Shown in pieces: positions 33,370-46,575 of a stretch of 64,000 nt of DNA (positions are counted from its first letter, which is position 1; the number at the start of each line of letters is the position of its first letter). The stretch comes from Dudresnaya verticillata. Lineage: Eukaryota. A program made the position numbers and the translations under genes. The stretch is taken from contig OZ374559.1 of assembly GCA_977862235.1 (NCBI GenBank), forward strand, positions 1,178,001 to 1,242,000, written 5' to 3'. The notes under the pieces are model-generated. The model saw only the letters and a program-made list of their open reading frames with translations, searched no databases and was not told the origin of the DNA.

Positions 33370-36300
33370 GTTTGAGTACTTAATTTTGAGCCGGTCGAAG
33401 AATGTCTTGTCAGAGTGATTCCGTAGTACGGTCCCAGCTTGTTGAGTGTGACTGAGGTTGTGTGTTCACAGGCTGATATCTGAAGGATTCTTTGTAGCTG
33501 TCTGATGACGGCTTGGCTTTTATATTCTCCCGTTGGTTTAGTTAAGGCCGACTATTCTATCCGTTCAGCTCCCGATGCTGCTGAAACTGTAAAAGTTGAA
33601 GCCCAGTTCTCATGATCGTTGCAAATTGAGTCAATGTATGAACCTTTTATCGTTTACTAGTATACATTTTTCCTTCCGACGGAGAAGACATACCTATGCT
33701 CGTTGATCGTATCCCGAATGCAGCGAGCAATTCAAATCCATTATCGTCTTCAAGTCGTCGAATCTCTGGAGAGAGCGGGACTGAGATATGTGAAGACCAG
33801 GCATAATTCCTGCCGCAAGCGGTCCATTCAGAATGTCGAGCTATTTTGAACGCAGCTCCACCCTTTGTTAAGACCCTATCGGGGAGGCAGAAAAGGTATA
33901 ATGTTATGTTATGCAAACGGTGTATGTAGTTGGAATACTTATCAGATACCCTGTTCGTAGTCCTCGAAATGCTGTGATTCTCGCAAAATATGTATCACAT
34001 GAGAAGAATGGGGAATTGTCATGTTCTAGATAGTTTATTCGGGTAAGTAGCAAGTTCAAGGTGAGCCAGCACCGGCGAAGTATTGCAAGAGACAAAATAT
34101 GCTTCCGCTGGACGATTGAGCATACCATGCCCTCGGATCCTTCCTGATACACTTCCGCGAATCGGAGACGACGAATAAGACCTGTGTACTGCTCCCGACT
34201 ATACCCTTGTTGTTTTGGGTGCTAGAATCGCGAGATTAGATCGTTCGAGTTCGACAGCAGGCTATCCCTCAAGCGTGCACACACAAGATTCTGCCTTTAT
34301 CTTAATTGGAAGGAGTGAAATCTAGGTGCTATGCTCAAGGGCTAGGACGGAAATAGGGAGATGGTACTGAATGTCCAGAGATATTCAGAGATATGCAGAG
34401 ATATTCTCCAATATTGCCAGCATAGAGATTCATGTGCAAATCAACCACCGAGGCGCCACGCTTGACTAGATATTTCGCAGTCGTGAGGTAATTTCTGACG
34501 ACCTGCTTCCAGAGTAAGGCAGTGATTGCCTATGGTTTCGATGGCATCTAAACATGGAAACGTTTTCCTGTTTCCGATAACAGAATATGGGGTACCTGAA
34601 GAACTCTCTTGGAAGATAGGCTAGATGATGATAATGACAGGAACGCTTGCGGGATTGCCAAGCACCCATTTCTACGGTTTTGATGCTCTCGTGACGCACC
34701 GCCACCAAGAAGTCTCAAGCTATCTTCCGGAGCGAAATTGCAGAAAGCAGAGCTACATTCGTTCAATATAGCCCCAGATTTCTTGTACTATTGAAAACTG
34801 TTAAACCCCTTTGCATAGCTGTTCTGAGAATGCCAGAAAGCAAATCTCTGGGATATGCAGGATGCTGTACAACAGAGAGATGTACTTTCCACACAAGTAA
34901 AATTGGAAACTGTACTTACTACAGCTCGTAGGCTGTTAGTACGTATGACCTCTCAACATTTCAACGTGATACAGTAAAATGTAAGCGTAGCGCTATGGTA
35001 GGCAGGCGAATGCGTCAGGGCTTTTAGGAGGTTTGAAACCGAGTCCTTTTAGGGCTCTCGTCAGGCCTTTTTCGAGGAAAGCTGCCTACTGGTACGAAGC
35101 CACGAAGCATACACTAATTGGAAGCAAGCGGAATCCTCAATAAGATCTGCATTGTTATATTCTGTATGCCTTTCTCATTCAAAGAGGTTTGCGAAGTTTG
35201 TCCGAGAAGGACCGAACAGGATGCGCATGAAGATAAACATCGAGTACTTCTGAGCAAAGCACATACCCTGATGAAACATAATGTTTAGGTTCTAGCTACT
35301 GATTTTGAAGCGCACTCTATCCGCTTCATCTGTTTGAGTACTGCTGCATATAATATTGCTATCGGTGCTGTTAAGACCTGTGACGTTTCAGTACGAAAGC
35401 GCGTACTCCACACTCTTCCCGACGATTGACAGGTAGAACCAGCTTTCATGGTGTGCCTTACTTACTTACTTACGCACTGGTAGGCCATGAATAGTCGCTC
35501 CCACAAATACCCCAAGGGCATCCAACGATTTGGAGGCTACAAAGTAGGAATGGTAGGCAAGGTACTGCGCGAGAAAAAGCCTTCTTAGTCGATCTCTGGG
35601 AAACTTAATTCAAACCGTACGAATACCATCAATGGTGATGGCGTATTGTTTGCTGTTGTTTGAGGAGTTGTGTACTGCGCGGGCAGCTAGGGACCGTTTA
35701 CAGTCACACCTTCACCAGGTGTGCGGTAGAACAGCGGGAAGATATTGTGCCGTCATGTGTATGTGCATGTGTTTAGCAGAGAAGTGTGGAATGTAGTTCA
35801 TCATACTTATAACTTTCTTTCTCGAAGTAAAGCTGACTTCCGCAATGAGATGGAATTGGTTGCATGCTTTTATTGGAAAGAATGAAGCAGACCTAACGCA
35901 AGGCTGCATTTATTCAGAAATTTGTCGCCATCAAACCGAAAGTACGGCTGTGCCGTTGGTTACGATTGGTTTGAAACAGGGAGTGTCGCAGATTTCTACT
36001 GCAGGCGTCCTTTTGAATGTTTAAAAGAGGAAGAGTTATTGCGTCTTCATAGTTCTATTCGGCTCTGACAATGGCATTCGGTGCATTGTTTAATACGGCT
36101 CTCTCAGGAAAGGGCCCTCTTCTCACTGAGTCACTCGCTCTCTTAGCGCCCTGCATCTTACTAGGGTTTTTGTGTTGTGCCCTATTATGTTGTTTTTTTA
36201 TCGTTTATCACCTCAGTTCCCGTCTTGCACTTACACCCTCGTCGCCACTAGTGGACACAGTTTGTGTTTCCAGTGACCATAGTTTTGCTCGTGTCAGGTG

Positions 36301-36525
36301 TAGCTACCGTACAGTTCAAGAGATCTGAGCAATTCGTTCGTCACCAAAGCTACACGATAGAGGAAAGAGCTTTGCAATTTTGCTCTGAAAGCCCAGTCCT
36401 CAGATTACACACTCAGAGACATTGCTGAGCTGGCTGAACTTCTGATGTCTGCTGTTAACCTTCACATTGGTCTTGAGACGCAGCCTTCTGTAGGGGCAAC
36501 TTACGTCAACTTTTATTAACATGCT

Positions 36526-36605
36526 TCGCAAGATCTTTATACTCAAAACGACAGCTCTCCTTTTGTAAAAGGAGAGCTGTCGTTTTGAGTATAAAGATCT
36601 TGCGA
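36526..36605. repeat. Perfect hairpin, 39-bp arms with 2-nt loop
   Basis: TCGCAAGATCTTTATACTCAAAACGACAGCTCTCCTTTT-GT-reverse complement. Confidence 0.95.
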
Positions 36606-38285
36606 TCTTAAAAGGTTTTACACCCATCATAATGTTTAGCTTTCCGGGCAGGACCCGCGTCGTGAATCTCGATACTTCTCGTGTCGCACGATTCGGAGAG
36701 CTTTGTTTATAAAAGAAGAGTAACACTCAATGGCAAGAAAATAGCAACACCCTGGGCGTTTAGAGAGAACACCACACCTTCTATCTGGGCCAACTTATTC
36801 GTACCCATTTTCCTGAAACGATGTCACCACGTTGAGAATGCTCCAGATAAAAGCCACCATTTCAGGAGGACTATGGAATGCCGGAGCCACGTTGGTGGTA
36901 CCTATATGGCTCAAATCTGTAAGGTCTGCAGCAAAATATCTCCCTCTTGTCTTGCTATACGCCCAGGCAGATATTCTAATCTCACAATGTAACTGAGTTT
37001 CCCCATGATGGCTTCGACAGATTTGTAATTACTTTTTACGCTGCTATGATGGCCATCCTGCAATATCTTGAATCCTGGAGTTCCCGCCACTCTTTCCCTT
37101 TTCAATAGCAGATGCATCGGCTGGATATATCTCGCGTCATCTCTAGTACAAAGCAGAATCTGGAAGATATGTTCGTTGATCAATAGGAGGGCATTATGAG
37201 AAATATAGCCTAATTCAACCAGTTACTTCCAACACACAAACGATCTACTTCATTTGATCCCATCGCTTTGCATGGTTTACTTCACAACCCGGCCATAACT
37301 TGTCTCGAAGTCGGACATGACCCTCATTTCCTTTCCTAGATAAAGCTAAGACGGGCTTAGTTGCCGCGATTTTTCGAGCTTTGTATCCCCTTGTTTATTG
37401 TGTTTTAGTGGTTCTGCGAGAACCGTACTCATCTCGTGATCTGTGGCGACTGTTAATGTGTATATCTCCAAAAGTATACTTTCAAAGACAAAACTAATTC
37501 GGCGCATCTGAAGCAACAATGTGCCCATGACCTCAAGACTGATGTTGTTTAAGAACATGCGAGATTCCGTGAATTTCAAACAACTTCAACAACTCGTCTG
37601 TCCCAAAATATCTTATTATCTGAATGTTTCAGGACAGCTCTGGAACGCTGCACAAAAACCGTTCCCGGCTTCCAAGACTATATCGGAATGTTCTCACTCC
37701 CCCAGCACAATTCCACACGTGAAATACAATAGAGATTGTTTTGAATATGCGAGATTCAAGTCCCCCAAACAGAGCCACCAATAATACAGATGTATTCAGA
37801 TCTTTCAAGACCTTACTACTCAGAAGGAATTATCAGCTTAATGCAGGCAAACTAATAACCACAACCATAATATCATCTGTAGCACAGCAACGTCTTCGAA
37901 TAAACACGTGTTTGCCGCATTATCTAGTGTAACACACACAAATCTACAAGCTTCATCGCTTATCTCTAGTCAGGGAGGGGAGTCGTAGATGCTCAAGGGG
38001 AAAGGCTTTTCACAAAGCAATTCAGAATGATTCACTCAATGGGGATATCTACATCTATAAAGAAACTGGACATGGAACTGCTGTTCAGCGACCACGTTCT
38101 CTATATAAAGCGAACGATAGAATCCAGACAACGACCTCTGCGAGACAACAACACAAACCGACCATCGATACCATCAAAGCCCAGCCTCGAGAAATCCACG
38201 TTGCCTCAAGCTCCATTAGAGAAACGCATTTCCAAGCTACTGTGATCAGAAGGTGTTCGACCAGCACAACTCCCACAAAATCGCC

Positions 38286-39017
38286 ATGAATGTTACCTTC
38301 CTGTTCTTCACCATTGCTTTGTTGGCATGTGCCTTCGCTACACCCCAGGTCGTCATTGACAGCATCAGGGTTCTTGACGATGCTGAACTACAGGACTTTG
38401 CAATTGTGCCCAATCTAACTCGTGCTCCATCTGAGGTCGCAGTTTATGCCGTCCATAGCACGAAGTCCGGATACGCCCGTACCACCAATGTCGGGCTTAC
38501 TGTGCAGAAAGGCACCAGTGGGACTCTGCACTTCAGAATTCATGTACACGCAACGACGACATCAGTTTTACACGAGCTTTCTAAAGAATACGAGAAGTCT
38601 CTCACTAAGACTGAGCTGAAGCGCTTGAACGCTCAGAAGAAGCTCTCCAAAGGAGCTTACGATATTCCGTGGCTGAAGACTCTCGGCATCGATCTCGATA
38701 AGGGCACCAGTCAATATGACTTGGAGCGGGAGTTCCAATTGCAGAACCGTTACAATAATCGGTCAACTACAGCTAAGAAACTGCTCAAGAGTGTTATTGA
38801 GCAGAATCTTGAGGTGACTGGTCATCTTACTGCACATGGTATCAGCTACATCCCAACTACCGTTTATTCGTTCATCAAGTTTGCGAGGATATATCTCACA
38901 GACGGCACCTACAAGACAGTTATCTCCAAGCATGCAGGTAGTCTGGAAGCCGCTACTAAGGACGGTAAGAGCGTTGCTCCTTCAGACAACGGCGGGATCA
39001 AGATTATGTCGCTCTAA
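38286..39017 (+). CDS. Secreted protein family, copy D
   Basis: MNVT-type signal peptide on a C-type body. Confidence 0.88.
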   Translation: MNVTFLFFTIALLACAFATPQVVIDSIRVLDDAELQDFAIVPNLTRAPSEVAVYAVHSTKSGYARTTNVGLTVQKGTSGTLHFRIHVHATTTSVLHELSKEYEKSLTKTELKRLNAQKKLSKGAYDIPWLKTLGIDLDKGTSQYDLEREFQLQNRYNNRSTTAKKLLKSVIEQNLEVTGHLTAHGISYIPTTVYSFIKFARIYLTDGTYKTVISKHAGSLEAATKDGKSVAPSDNGGIKIMSL

Positions 39018-40425
39018 GTGTTGAGACTTGAGAGCTGTGGCTTGATGGATTGCAACCTGGTTACGATACAAATCTGGATTCCAAGTAAGATATATTAGAG
39101 AGCATGCGAGGGTGAGCATTGCATATATTTTCGCGTGGCATAGTTGCTCGATTGCACCTTGATACATATGTAAAGGTACTGTTGTCATATTTTCCTCCAA
39201 TGCAAAGTTTGACGTTTCGAGGAACGAATATGAAGGGGATCTGCTTACCAAATGACTGAAGTAGCGGGAGCGGCTCATTTTATTGCGGCTGAAGCGGAGT
39301 TTTCTCCGGAGTTTAACAGAGAGAGAGAGGCCTTCATTAAGGAACAAGAGAGAAACCCCTTAAGGGGGCTTTACGGAATCAGAGATGGAGACCTTTATCA
39401 TAGGAAAGACTACAGCCCCGTAAGGGGGCTTATCTAAAACTCATCTGAAAGGCGACGGTCGAAGAGTAAACGGCGGTTAACAGGCACCGCGACAGATTGA
39501 AGTACAAGAGAGGTGAGGTGGGTGAGAAGAGATAGTTTCTCAGATATCGGCGAAGTACCTTTCATAGCAGCTAGGAAATTCGCCACGCATACGGAATCAG
39601 AGTTACCGTAAAGAGGCGGAGGAGCGCGTTTAACGGCGTTGAGACGTTCCAGAAACCGCATGATTTTACTTGTAGCCTGCGGCACATCCGCTGCCCACAT
39701 TGCGTGGAGTCACTGTGCTCGCGCTTCTCCTCAAAACTCTCCGTGGTCAGCATCCGCTGTTCCGCTGTTCTTGTTTTCCTCCCATCCGCTCTTCACCTGC
39801 GACGTGGTCGTTTATTCTAAAGACCGAAATTCGGAGCACTTTAAGTTGAAGGTTGTGACACTCAGCAGATCCGTAAGGGGCTCGATACCGTCAAGACAGT
39901 GTGGTAGCGGATCAGTAGCACCGTAGCGCCGCAGGCGCTAGTCGTCCGTAGGGGAGCGCTTGTTGCTCACCGGGATCGCCAAGGGAGAGAGGATAAAGTG
40001 GAAATGGCACGTTCTTTGGCTAGGTCGTCTACCCTCTTCGTCTCTCACGATCAAGGTTTTTCTCAGACGCTGCCTTTACTGTGTTTTTTGGTCCCTCTCC
40101 GCATTCCCGGCCCGACTCGGCCCTCGCCTCCGTTTTCGTGCTGGAACCTGAATCGGGCCAGCGCGAGGTTTTCTCCGAGACAGTCTGTCACCTGTCTTGG
40201 TCACACTCTCCGGGGCTGCTCTTTCGGTCAGCCGACCTTCGCGCCCAAAGGGGTTCGCGGAAAGGACTCCCGAAAAGCATTTGCAGTGGGGTTCCACAGC
40301 GCCCCAGGACCATTTTCATTGTTTTGAAACTGGTCGTTCAAAGAGAGCACAGTGCTTTTGCCTTTTGCTTGAGTCCTGGACGCCCGTCCGACCTCAGGTA
40401 GGTATCCAGCATTTGTGGCAGGTCT

Positions 40426-42648
40426 TCATATATGTTTTTTGAGTGGTTCCCACGTTATATCTATCTTGTCCGGTAACCCTTCGCACTTGACTTGAATTTC
40501 AATAATCCCGTCGTGCTCTCGGATTCCATGTAGTGACAAGGCCTCTGTGTGTGCAGCAGACCTTAAAAGGTCTGGATTAACGTCCATCCCATCTAGATCT
40601 GCCCTATAAAGTAGCAATCGCCTGGCGTGTACTACCTCAGACTTCTTTTGGACTAAGTCTTCGACAACAAATACGACTGCAGACTTGACCGCTACCACGC
40701 GACGTGGTCCGACCCACTTGAAACTGAGCTTGTGAGTGCGTATGCTTGCTTGACGCACCAGTACAAAGTCGCCCACTGTGAAGTTGACTGGCTGGACATT
40801 TTTCCGTCGGTTGTGTGCAGCAACTTGTCGCTTTCTAGATATATTTGTGTGTTCGTTAACCTCCTTGTGCACATCTTCCATCGCTCCCTGCAGCAGATCT
40901 ACCTTGATAAGTTGTCGCGCCCGCACTTCGTCTACAGTCTTCGCGTCTGCATACTTAGTCACAGGAAGTGCACGCATCAAGGGACGTCTAGGTAGTTGCC
41001 CAGTAAAGACTTCTAGGGGTGTTCGAAACACTCCGGGAACGCCTTGGCTTCTCAGACCCAATCGTTTCGAGGGGGCCTGGTTAATTATGCATTGAACAGA
41101 CTCAATGACGGCGGGCCAGTCTTTGGGAGCCAAGCTCCATTCACTGCATAGGGCGCGACACGCGCGCAAAACTTCACGGCAAAGCCTCTCTATTGTCCCG
41201 TTTGCCCAAGGCGTATAAGCTGTAGTGAAGTGGTGCTTCACTCGCCATTCCTCGGTCAGGCTCTCCAGAAGTCTGTTGACAAAATGGCTGCCCTGATCAG
41301 AGACATACCAGTCGCTGCTACCAAAACCTGCCATCCAGGTGGTTAAGGCTTCCGCTGCAGCCTCGCTTGTTGCTTCCGCAGTCGGAAAGAACCATGCATA
41401 TGTTGACAGATCATCCTTGAGTAGCAAGAGGTACTTGCTCCCATCGGATCCCGGTCCCATATACAAGAAGTCCATGTGAAGCACTTCGTTAGGTGATTCG
41501 GCGTGAAGAGCATGTCCTAAAGGCCGCGGGACTATTTCACCAGAGCGACTGATGATACAGTGAAGACACCCCTTCACCAGTTCATCAACGTCCCGGGCCA
41601 TGGTTTTCCAAACAAATTGTTCGCGGAGAATACTCTTTGTGTCTTCCACACCTCTGTGCCCAACCGATCCACAGTGTGAGACAACTAAGAGCTTCAGCTC
41701 AAGCTCGAGCTCAGAATCTGGAATCCAAATCCCTTCACGCTTCCACAAATTGTAGCTTTGGTCCCACTTAAGGCTTCGCTTCTCACCTGATGACCTTTTC
41801 TGCGCCTCCCTTATTTTCGTAAGGTCAGGCCATTGGAAGGAATTTGAAGCAGGTATAATCTGCTGCGCCGACTCTAGTAAGAGACTACACACCGCTCTCG
41901 GAGTCTTGGAGTCCGCCCGATAGCCTCTCGTCCACCTCGTCAGTATGTCCGCAAATACGTTGTCTTCCCCACTCACGTGCTCTATAACGTACTGAAACCT
42001 TGAAAGAAATAAAGCCCAGCGTTGTACCTTAGCGACAACGTGTCGACCGAGTGAGGGCTCTATCGACAGTGGAGCGAACACGAAAATGAGATTGCGATGG
42101 TCAGTATGCACATGGATTGTGTTTCCAGAAAGTAAAAGGTAGTCAAGTTTGTCGAACGTTTGAAAGATGGCAAAGCCTTCCTTTTCAAAAGTACTCCATC
42201 CCAGCTCTGCTCCTTTAAACTCGGAACCAATGAAAGCCAAGGGCTCATGGCTCTGTTCTGCCAGTGAGCGGTTCAGTTCCTCTGGCTGAACTTGCGTCAC
42301 TACCCCGGACCAGAAACGGTCTGAGGCGTCTGTAAACACGCAGATAGCGTGTCCTGGTTTGGGGTAGGACAGCTTTACTGCGTTGTGCAGTGTGTCTTGC
42401 AATCCTTGAAATGCTTTGAGATGGTCTGCGCCCCAAGACAGACTGTGCAACGGTATGCTCTTGATGGATCGCTTTGTGCGTCGGCCTGACTTGGCGTATG
42501 CGGCTTCTAATATCTGCGTCAGCGGCGCAATGCGCCGAGCGAAGTCCGGAATAGCCGTTCTCATCCATCTGCAACAGTATAAGAACTCTGCCAGCTCAGC
42601 TGCTGTAGTTAGGGGCTGCATCTTCTTCAGAGTTGGATCCGGACGCAC
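40426..42648 (-). pseudogene. pol: Partial pol: RT C-terminus, RNase H, integrase, chromodomain remnant
   Basis: VFTDASD, TDHRNL, NVFADILTR, HC..GH..CLHC, MDFL, SDQG, NGTIERL, VKCEG..TWEP; no protease or YxDD. Confidence 0.88.
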
Positions 42649-43426
42649 GTCCTGTATCAGAGCTTGTTTTTCCCTTCACATTCTTCTTTGATGCACGCTT
42701 GTTACGGGACTGGTCGGGGTTTATCGCATCCTCATCTGATAATTTTCCCCCCGTCGGTACTGTAACGGCCTTAGCTATAGACTCATGGCGGTCCATAGAC
42801 TTAGCCTTTTCGGCCAGCTCGCGCATGAAGAGGTTGAAGTTTTTCTTCAATTCGTCTTTCCGCAAACGATACGTCAGCTTCATTCTGGTGTGCAATGCGT
42901 CATGGGTGACACGCTTGAAGATGTGTTGAACCGACAACGTAGGCTGCTGCTCCACAAAGGAGGAGTAGCCGAGATTGTTGAGTGTCTTGCGATAGCTCAA
43001 AACAAGCTTCCAGACCTGCATCTCCAGGCTTTTTCCCTTCACCATCTTGACGTGGCTGATCCCGCGCTCGATCTGCGCGAGGTTATAATCCTCAGGCTGG
43101 ATCGTCGCACGTTGATCCACACACTCGACTAGATGGTCCTCTGTTATCTCTGCCACATCATCTACCGGAACCCACTGCGCCGTTACAAACATCTGCAGTA
43201 CCGCTTTGTCAATAGAATTGCGCAAAGTAGTCAGCGGTATAGCTGATCCCTGCTCAGAGCTCTTCTCAGACACGCGGCGCACGTATATTTCTCGCCTTTG
43301 CTTGAACTTTGCAAAGTCGACTGTGTCGATACCGGTAAGCCTCGGGGCTTCCAAGGTCTCAACAATTGTCTGCTTCACTGTAGTATCCTCACTACTTCCT
43401 CCAACACCCTGCCGGGTATTTACCAT
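42596..43426 (-). pseudogene. Truncated gag-position ORF of the deleted LTR element
   Basis: Starts 56 bp inside the 5' LTR boundary; runs into pol at the deletion junction near 42640. Confidence 0.7.
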
Positions 43427-45156
43427 CTTGCTTGATCGAACTCCTCCACAAGACCGCTAAGCTTCTCGCGAAAGTAATTACTGTGACACTCAGCAGATCC
43501 GCAAGGGGCTCGATACCGTCAAGACAGTGTGGCAGCGGATCAGTAGCGCCGTAGCGCCGCAGGCGCTAGTCGTCCGTAGGGGAGCGCTTGTTGCTCACCG
43601 GGATCGCCAAGGGAGAGAGGATAAAGTGGAAATGGCACGTTCTTTGGCTAGGTCGTCTACCCTCTTCGTCTCTCACGATCAAGGTTTTTCTCAGACGCTG
43701 CCTTTACTGTGTTTTTTGGTCCCTCTCCGCATTCCCGGCCCGACTCGGCCCTCGCCTCCGTTTTCGTGCTGGAACCTGAATCGGGCCAGCGCGAGGTTTT
43801 CTCCGAGATAGTCTGTCACCTGTCTTGGTCACACTCTCCGGGGCTGCTCTTTCGGTCAGCCGACCTTCGCGCCCAAAGGGGTTCGCGGAAAGGACTCCCG
43901 AAAAGCATTTGCAGTGGGGTTCCACAAGGTGCGGGCAGTCCCTAGGCCTTGTCCTGAGCACCGCACTGGTTAGAAATGGCAAATACAGCTGGGAGGATTC
44001 AGAACTTGGCCTGGGTTAGATTGGTTGGAGCAATTTCTCTATTGTGCGTAACCAGTAGTAGAACACTTTACGTAAAGAAGGAACAACCTACCGATCCTTC
44101 AGGGGTAACCAGAACTGCTTTAAACGATAGTAAAGAATCCCACAAGCTGGTATTGGAGCGATTCACGGCTACTATTGGCATGCGGGCCGGGGGGCCTTCC
44201 AGGTGAGTTAGGAAAAATCATCTGGAATGGACTTTCTTGCAGTCCATTCAGTACATACTTTGTTATCTGCGGAGAGAAGAGAGCGTTTGCTTATCTATAC
44301 TGTTTTCTTTACCCTGGGGCCTCTAGGGTTTGTCAAGATGATGTTAATCTGTAGAATCCAACGTCGTTTGGCGTTGAAGACAAGGAATATCATTCCTCGT
44401 CAGTACGATTGTATTCTGACGATGACCCGTGGTGAAAAGCAGGCTGCCTTGGAAAAGATACGAAAACTCCCGGAGAGGACGCTGAACGGCCAATGCGTCT
44501 TGTTCCAAGCCTCGTCCGGTCTACGATGAAACTGGATGTGCGTGAGAGGTTGTGAAGATCTCTACCCTTAACGAGACTCTGCCACCGCGCCCGCCGCGCG
44601 CACAAATACCCGTTGCGTTGTCTACTTGTCAATAGAGACAGCGACGACGGCGGCGGCGGTGGTGACAGGAGACAGATACGTAGCAGCTAGACCTGAGCAG
44701 AACTACATTGCAGCACTATGAATCGGTGCTATAGTCTCCAACACGACGCACATTTTGGTGTCACATTGTGACCACACGCGCGGACCACTCGAGAGCTCCC
44801 ACTCCTTCGACACTTCTCACCACCTGCCGCTCCAGCCCTCCCTTGCTGCGGTGGCATTCCAAGCAAATCCTCCTGACAGGCTCCCGCATACGACGACGGG
44901 AAAATGTTCTAACCAGTCTATTGATTTCATATATTAAAAGAAATTGTGTCTATTGGTTATTGCAGACTGCTGATCATCACAACTTTGTTGAAGCAAGACG
45001 AACGGCGGAAACCCCTAATGAATGCTTTACTCATATATTCATAATGAATGAAAGCAGAATGCTCAGAGAAATACAAGAGACGATTTCCTTGACGTCTGGG
45101 CAACTCTCGTACTACCTTTGAAGAAGTTCGCTACCTGTTCTAGAAACTATGCAGCT

Positions 45157-45656
45157 CAAAAGGAAATGATTACTTTATTCGTAAAGTAGCAATCATCGAA
45201 AAAAATGACTAACCCATAAAAGCCTGAGGGCCTGCAGAATAGAAGCATAGAAGGTGTAAAGAGTTCAGGAATGGTAGAGGTGTAGACTAACGAAGGAAAG
45301 GACTTGATGTGAATGAGCAGGGAGGGAGGGAGGGAGAACGAAGGAAAGAACTTGCCGAGAGAGCGATGGATGCGTTCGGCTACGGTATTATATAGGCCGG
45401 GGAGAACTATTGTCTGCGACAGACGGTATAGTTTTCGCATCCACATGACAGGAATGCAAGTCAGAATTGCCCGAAGAGGCTACAGTGCAGTAACTGTTTT
45501 CGGTAGCAATTCACCGATGCCGATTGCGGAGCCTGTAGACGAATTTGTAGACGCCGCTTTCGACACTCACAGCTCTGACTTGGGGACGTTTGGCACGCTC
45601 GCTACCCTTGGCATCACTTTTCAACTGTGTAAAGCGATTGGGACACAAACTGAAAA
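45157..45656 (-). mobile_element. Solo repeat plus tail of a third YR retrotransposon family (YR-3)
   Basis: Minus strand begins TTTTCAGTTTGTGTC like YR-1 A, has AAGTTCTTTCCTTCGTTCTC then (CCCT)n, ends CATTTCCTTTTG; absent from paralogous flanks near 16130 and 30730. Confidence 0.88.
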
Positions 45657-45843
45657 CCCCGCCTCTTATATCAGATATGACAACAGTACATTTACATGTC
45701 AAGGTGCAATCGACCAACTATACCACGCGAAAATATATGCAATGCTCACCCTCGCATGCTCTATAATAGATCTTTCTTGGATTCTAGATTTGTATCGTAA
45801 CCAGGTTGCAATCCATCAAGCCACAGCTCTCAAGTCTCAACAC

Positions 45844-46575
45844 TTAGAGCGACATAATCTTGATCCCACCGTTGTCTGAAGGAGCAACGCTCTTACCGTC
45901 CTTAGTAGCGGCTTCCAGACTTCCTGGATGCTTGGATATAACTGTCTTGTAGGTACCGTCTGTGAGGTATATCCTCGCAAACTTGATGAATGAATAAACG
46001 GTGGTTGGGATATAGCTAATACCATGTGCAGTAAGATGACCAGTCACCTCAAGTTTCTGCTCCTCAACACTCTTGAGCAATGTCTTAGCTACAATTGCCC
46101 GCTCATTGTAACGCTCCTGCGATTCAAACTCCCGCTCAATATCATATTGACTGGTGCCCTTGTCGAGATCGATGCCGAGAGTCTTCAGCCATGGAATATC
46201 GTAAGCCCCTGTGGAGAGCTTTTTCTGAATTTGCAAGCTCTTCAGTTCAGTCTTAGTGAGTGACTTCTCGTATTCCTCAGAAAGCTCGTCTAAAACTGAA
46301 GCCGTCGCCGCGTATACATGAATTCTGAAGTGCAGAGTCCCACTGGTGCCCTTCTGCACAGTAAGCCCGACGTTGGTGGTACGGGCGTATCCGGATTCCG
46401 TGCTATGGACGGCATAAACTGCGACCTCAGATGGAGCACGAGTTAGATTGGGCACAATTGCAAAGTCCTGTAGTTCAGCATCGTCAAGAACCCTGATGCT
46501 GTCAATGACGACCTGGGGTGTAGCGAAGGCACATGCCAACAAAGCAATGGTGAAGAACAGGAAGGTAACATTCAT
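45844..46575 (-). CDS. Secreted protein family, copy E
   Basis: MNVT-type leader, acidic central block, unique segment IEREFESQERYNERAIVAKTLLKSVEEQKL. Confidence 0.88.
   Translation of the reverse strand: MNVTFLFFTIALLACAFATPQVVIDSIRVLDDAELQDFAIVPNLTRAPSEVAVYAVHSTESGYARTTNVGLTVQKGTSGTLHFRIHVYAATASVLDELSEEYEKSLTKTELKSLQIQKKLSTGAYDIPWLKTLGIDLDKGTSQYDIEREFESQERYNERAIVAKTLLKSVEEQKLEVTGHLTAHGISYIPTTVYSFIKFARIYLTDGTYKTVISKHPGSLEAATKDGKSVAPSDNGGIKIMSL

Larger units (their letters stand above)
32628..39190. repeat. Left arm of a ~6.5-kb inverted duplication
   Basis: Mirror ORF pairs all sum to 84861 (33369/51492, 34152/50709, 38253/46608, 39017/45844). Confidence 0.93.
39854..43926 (-). mobile_element. 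Internally deleted Ty3/gypsy LTR retrotransposon
   Basis: 445-bp LTRs at 39854-40298 and 43482-43926 (TG...CA, about 4 transitions); 4-bp TSD AGGT; empty site near 32005 on the opposite strand. Confidence 0.93.

Noticed and set aside
35457..35474. (CTTA)4 tract as a telomeric or retroposon tail
   Set aside because: Too short, with no adjoining recognisable element
33400..38250. Many 60-110 aa ORFs that recur at 46600-51450 and elsewhere
   Set aside because: Recurrence is due to recent DNA duplication; no recognisable motifs
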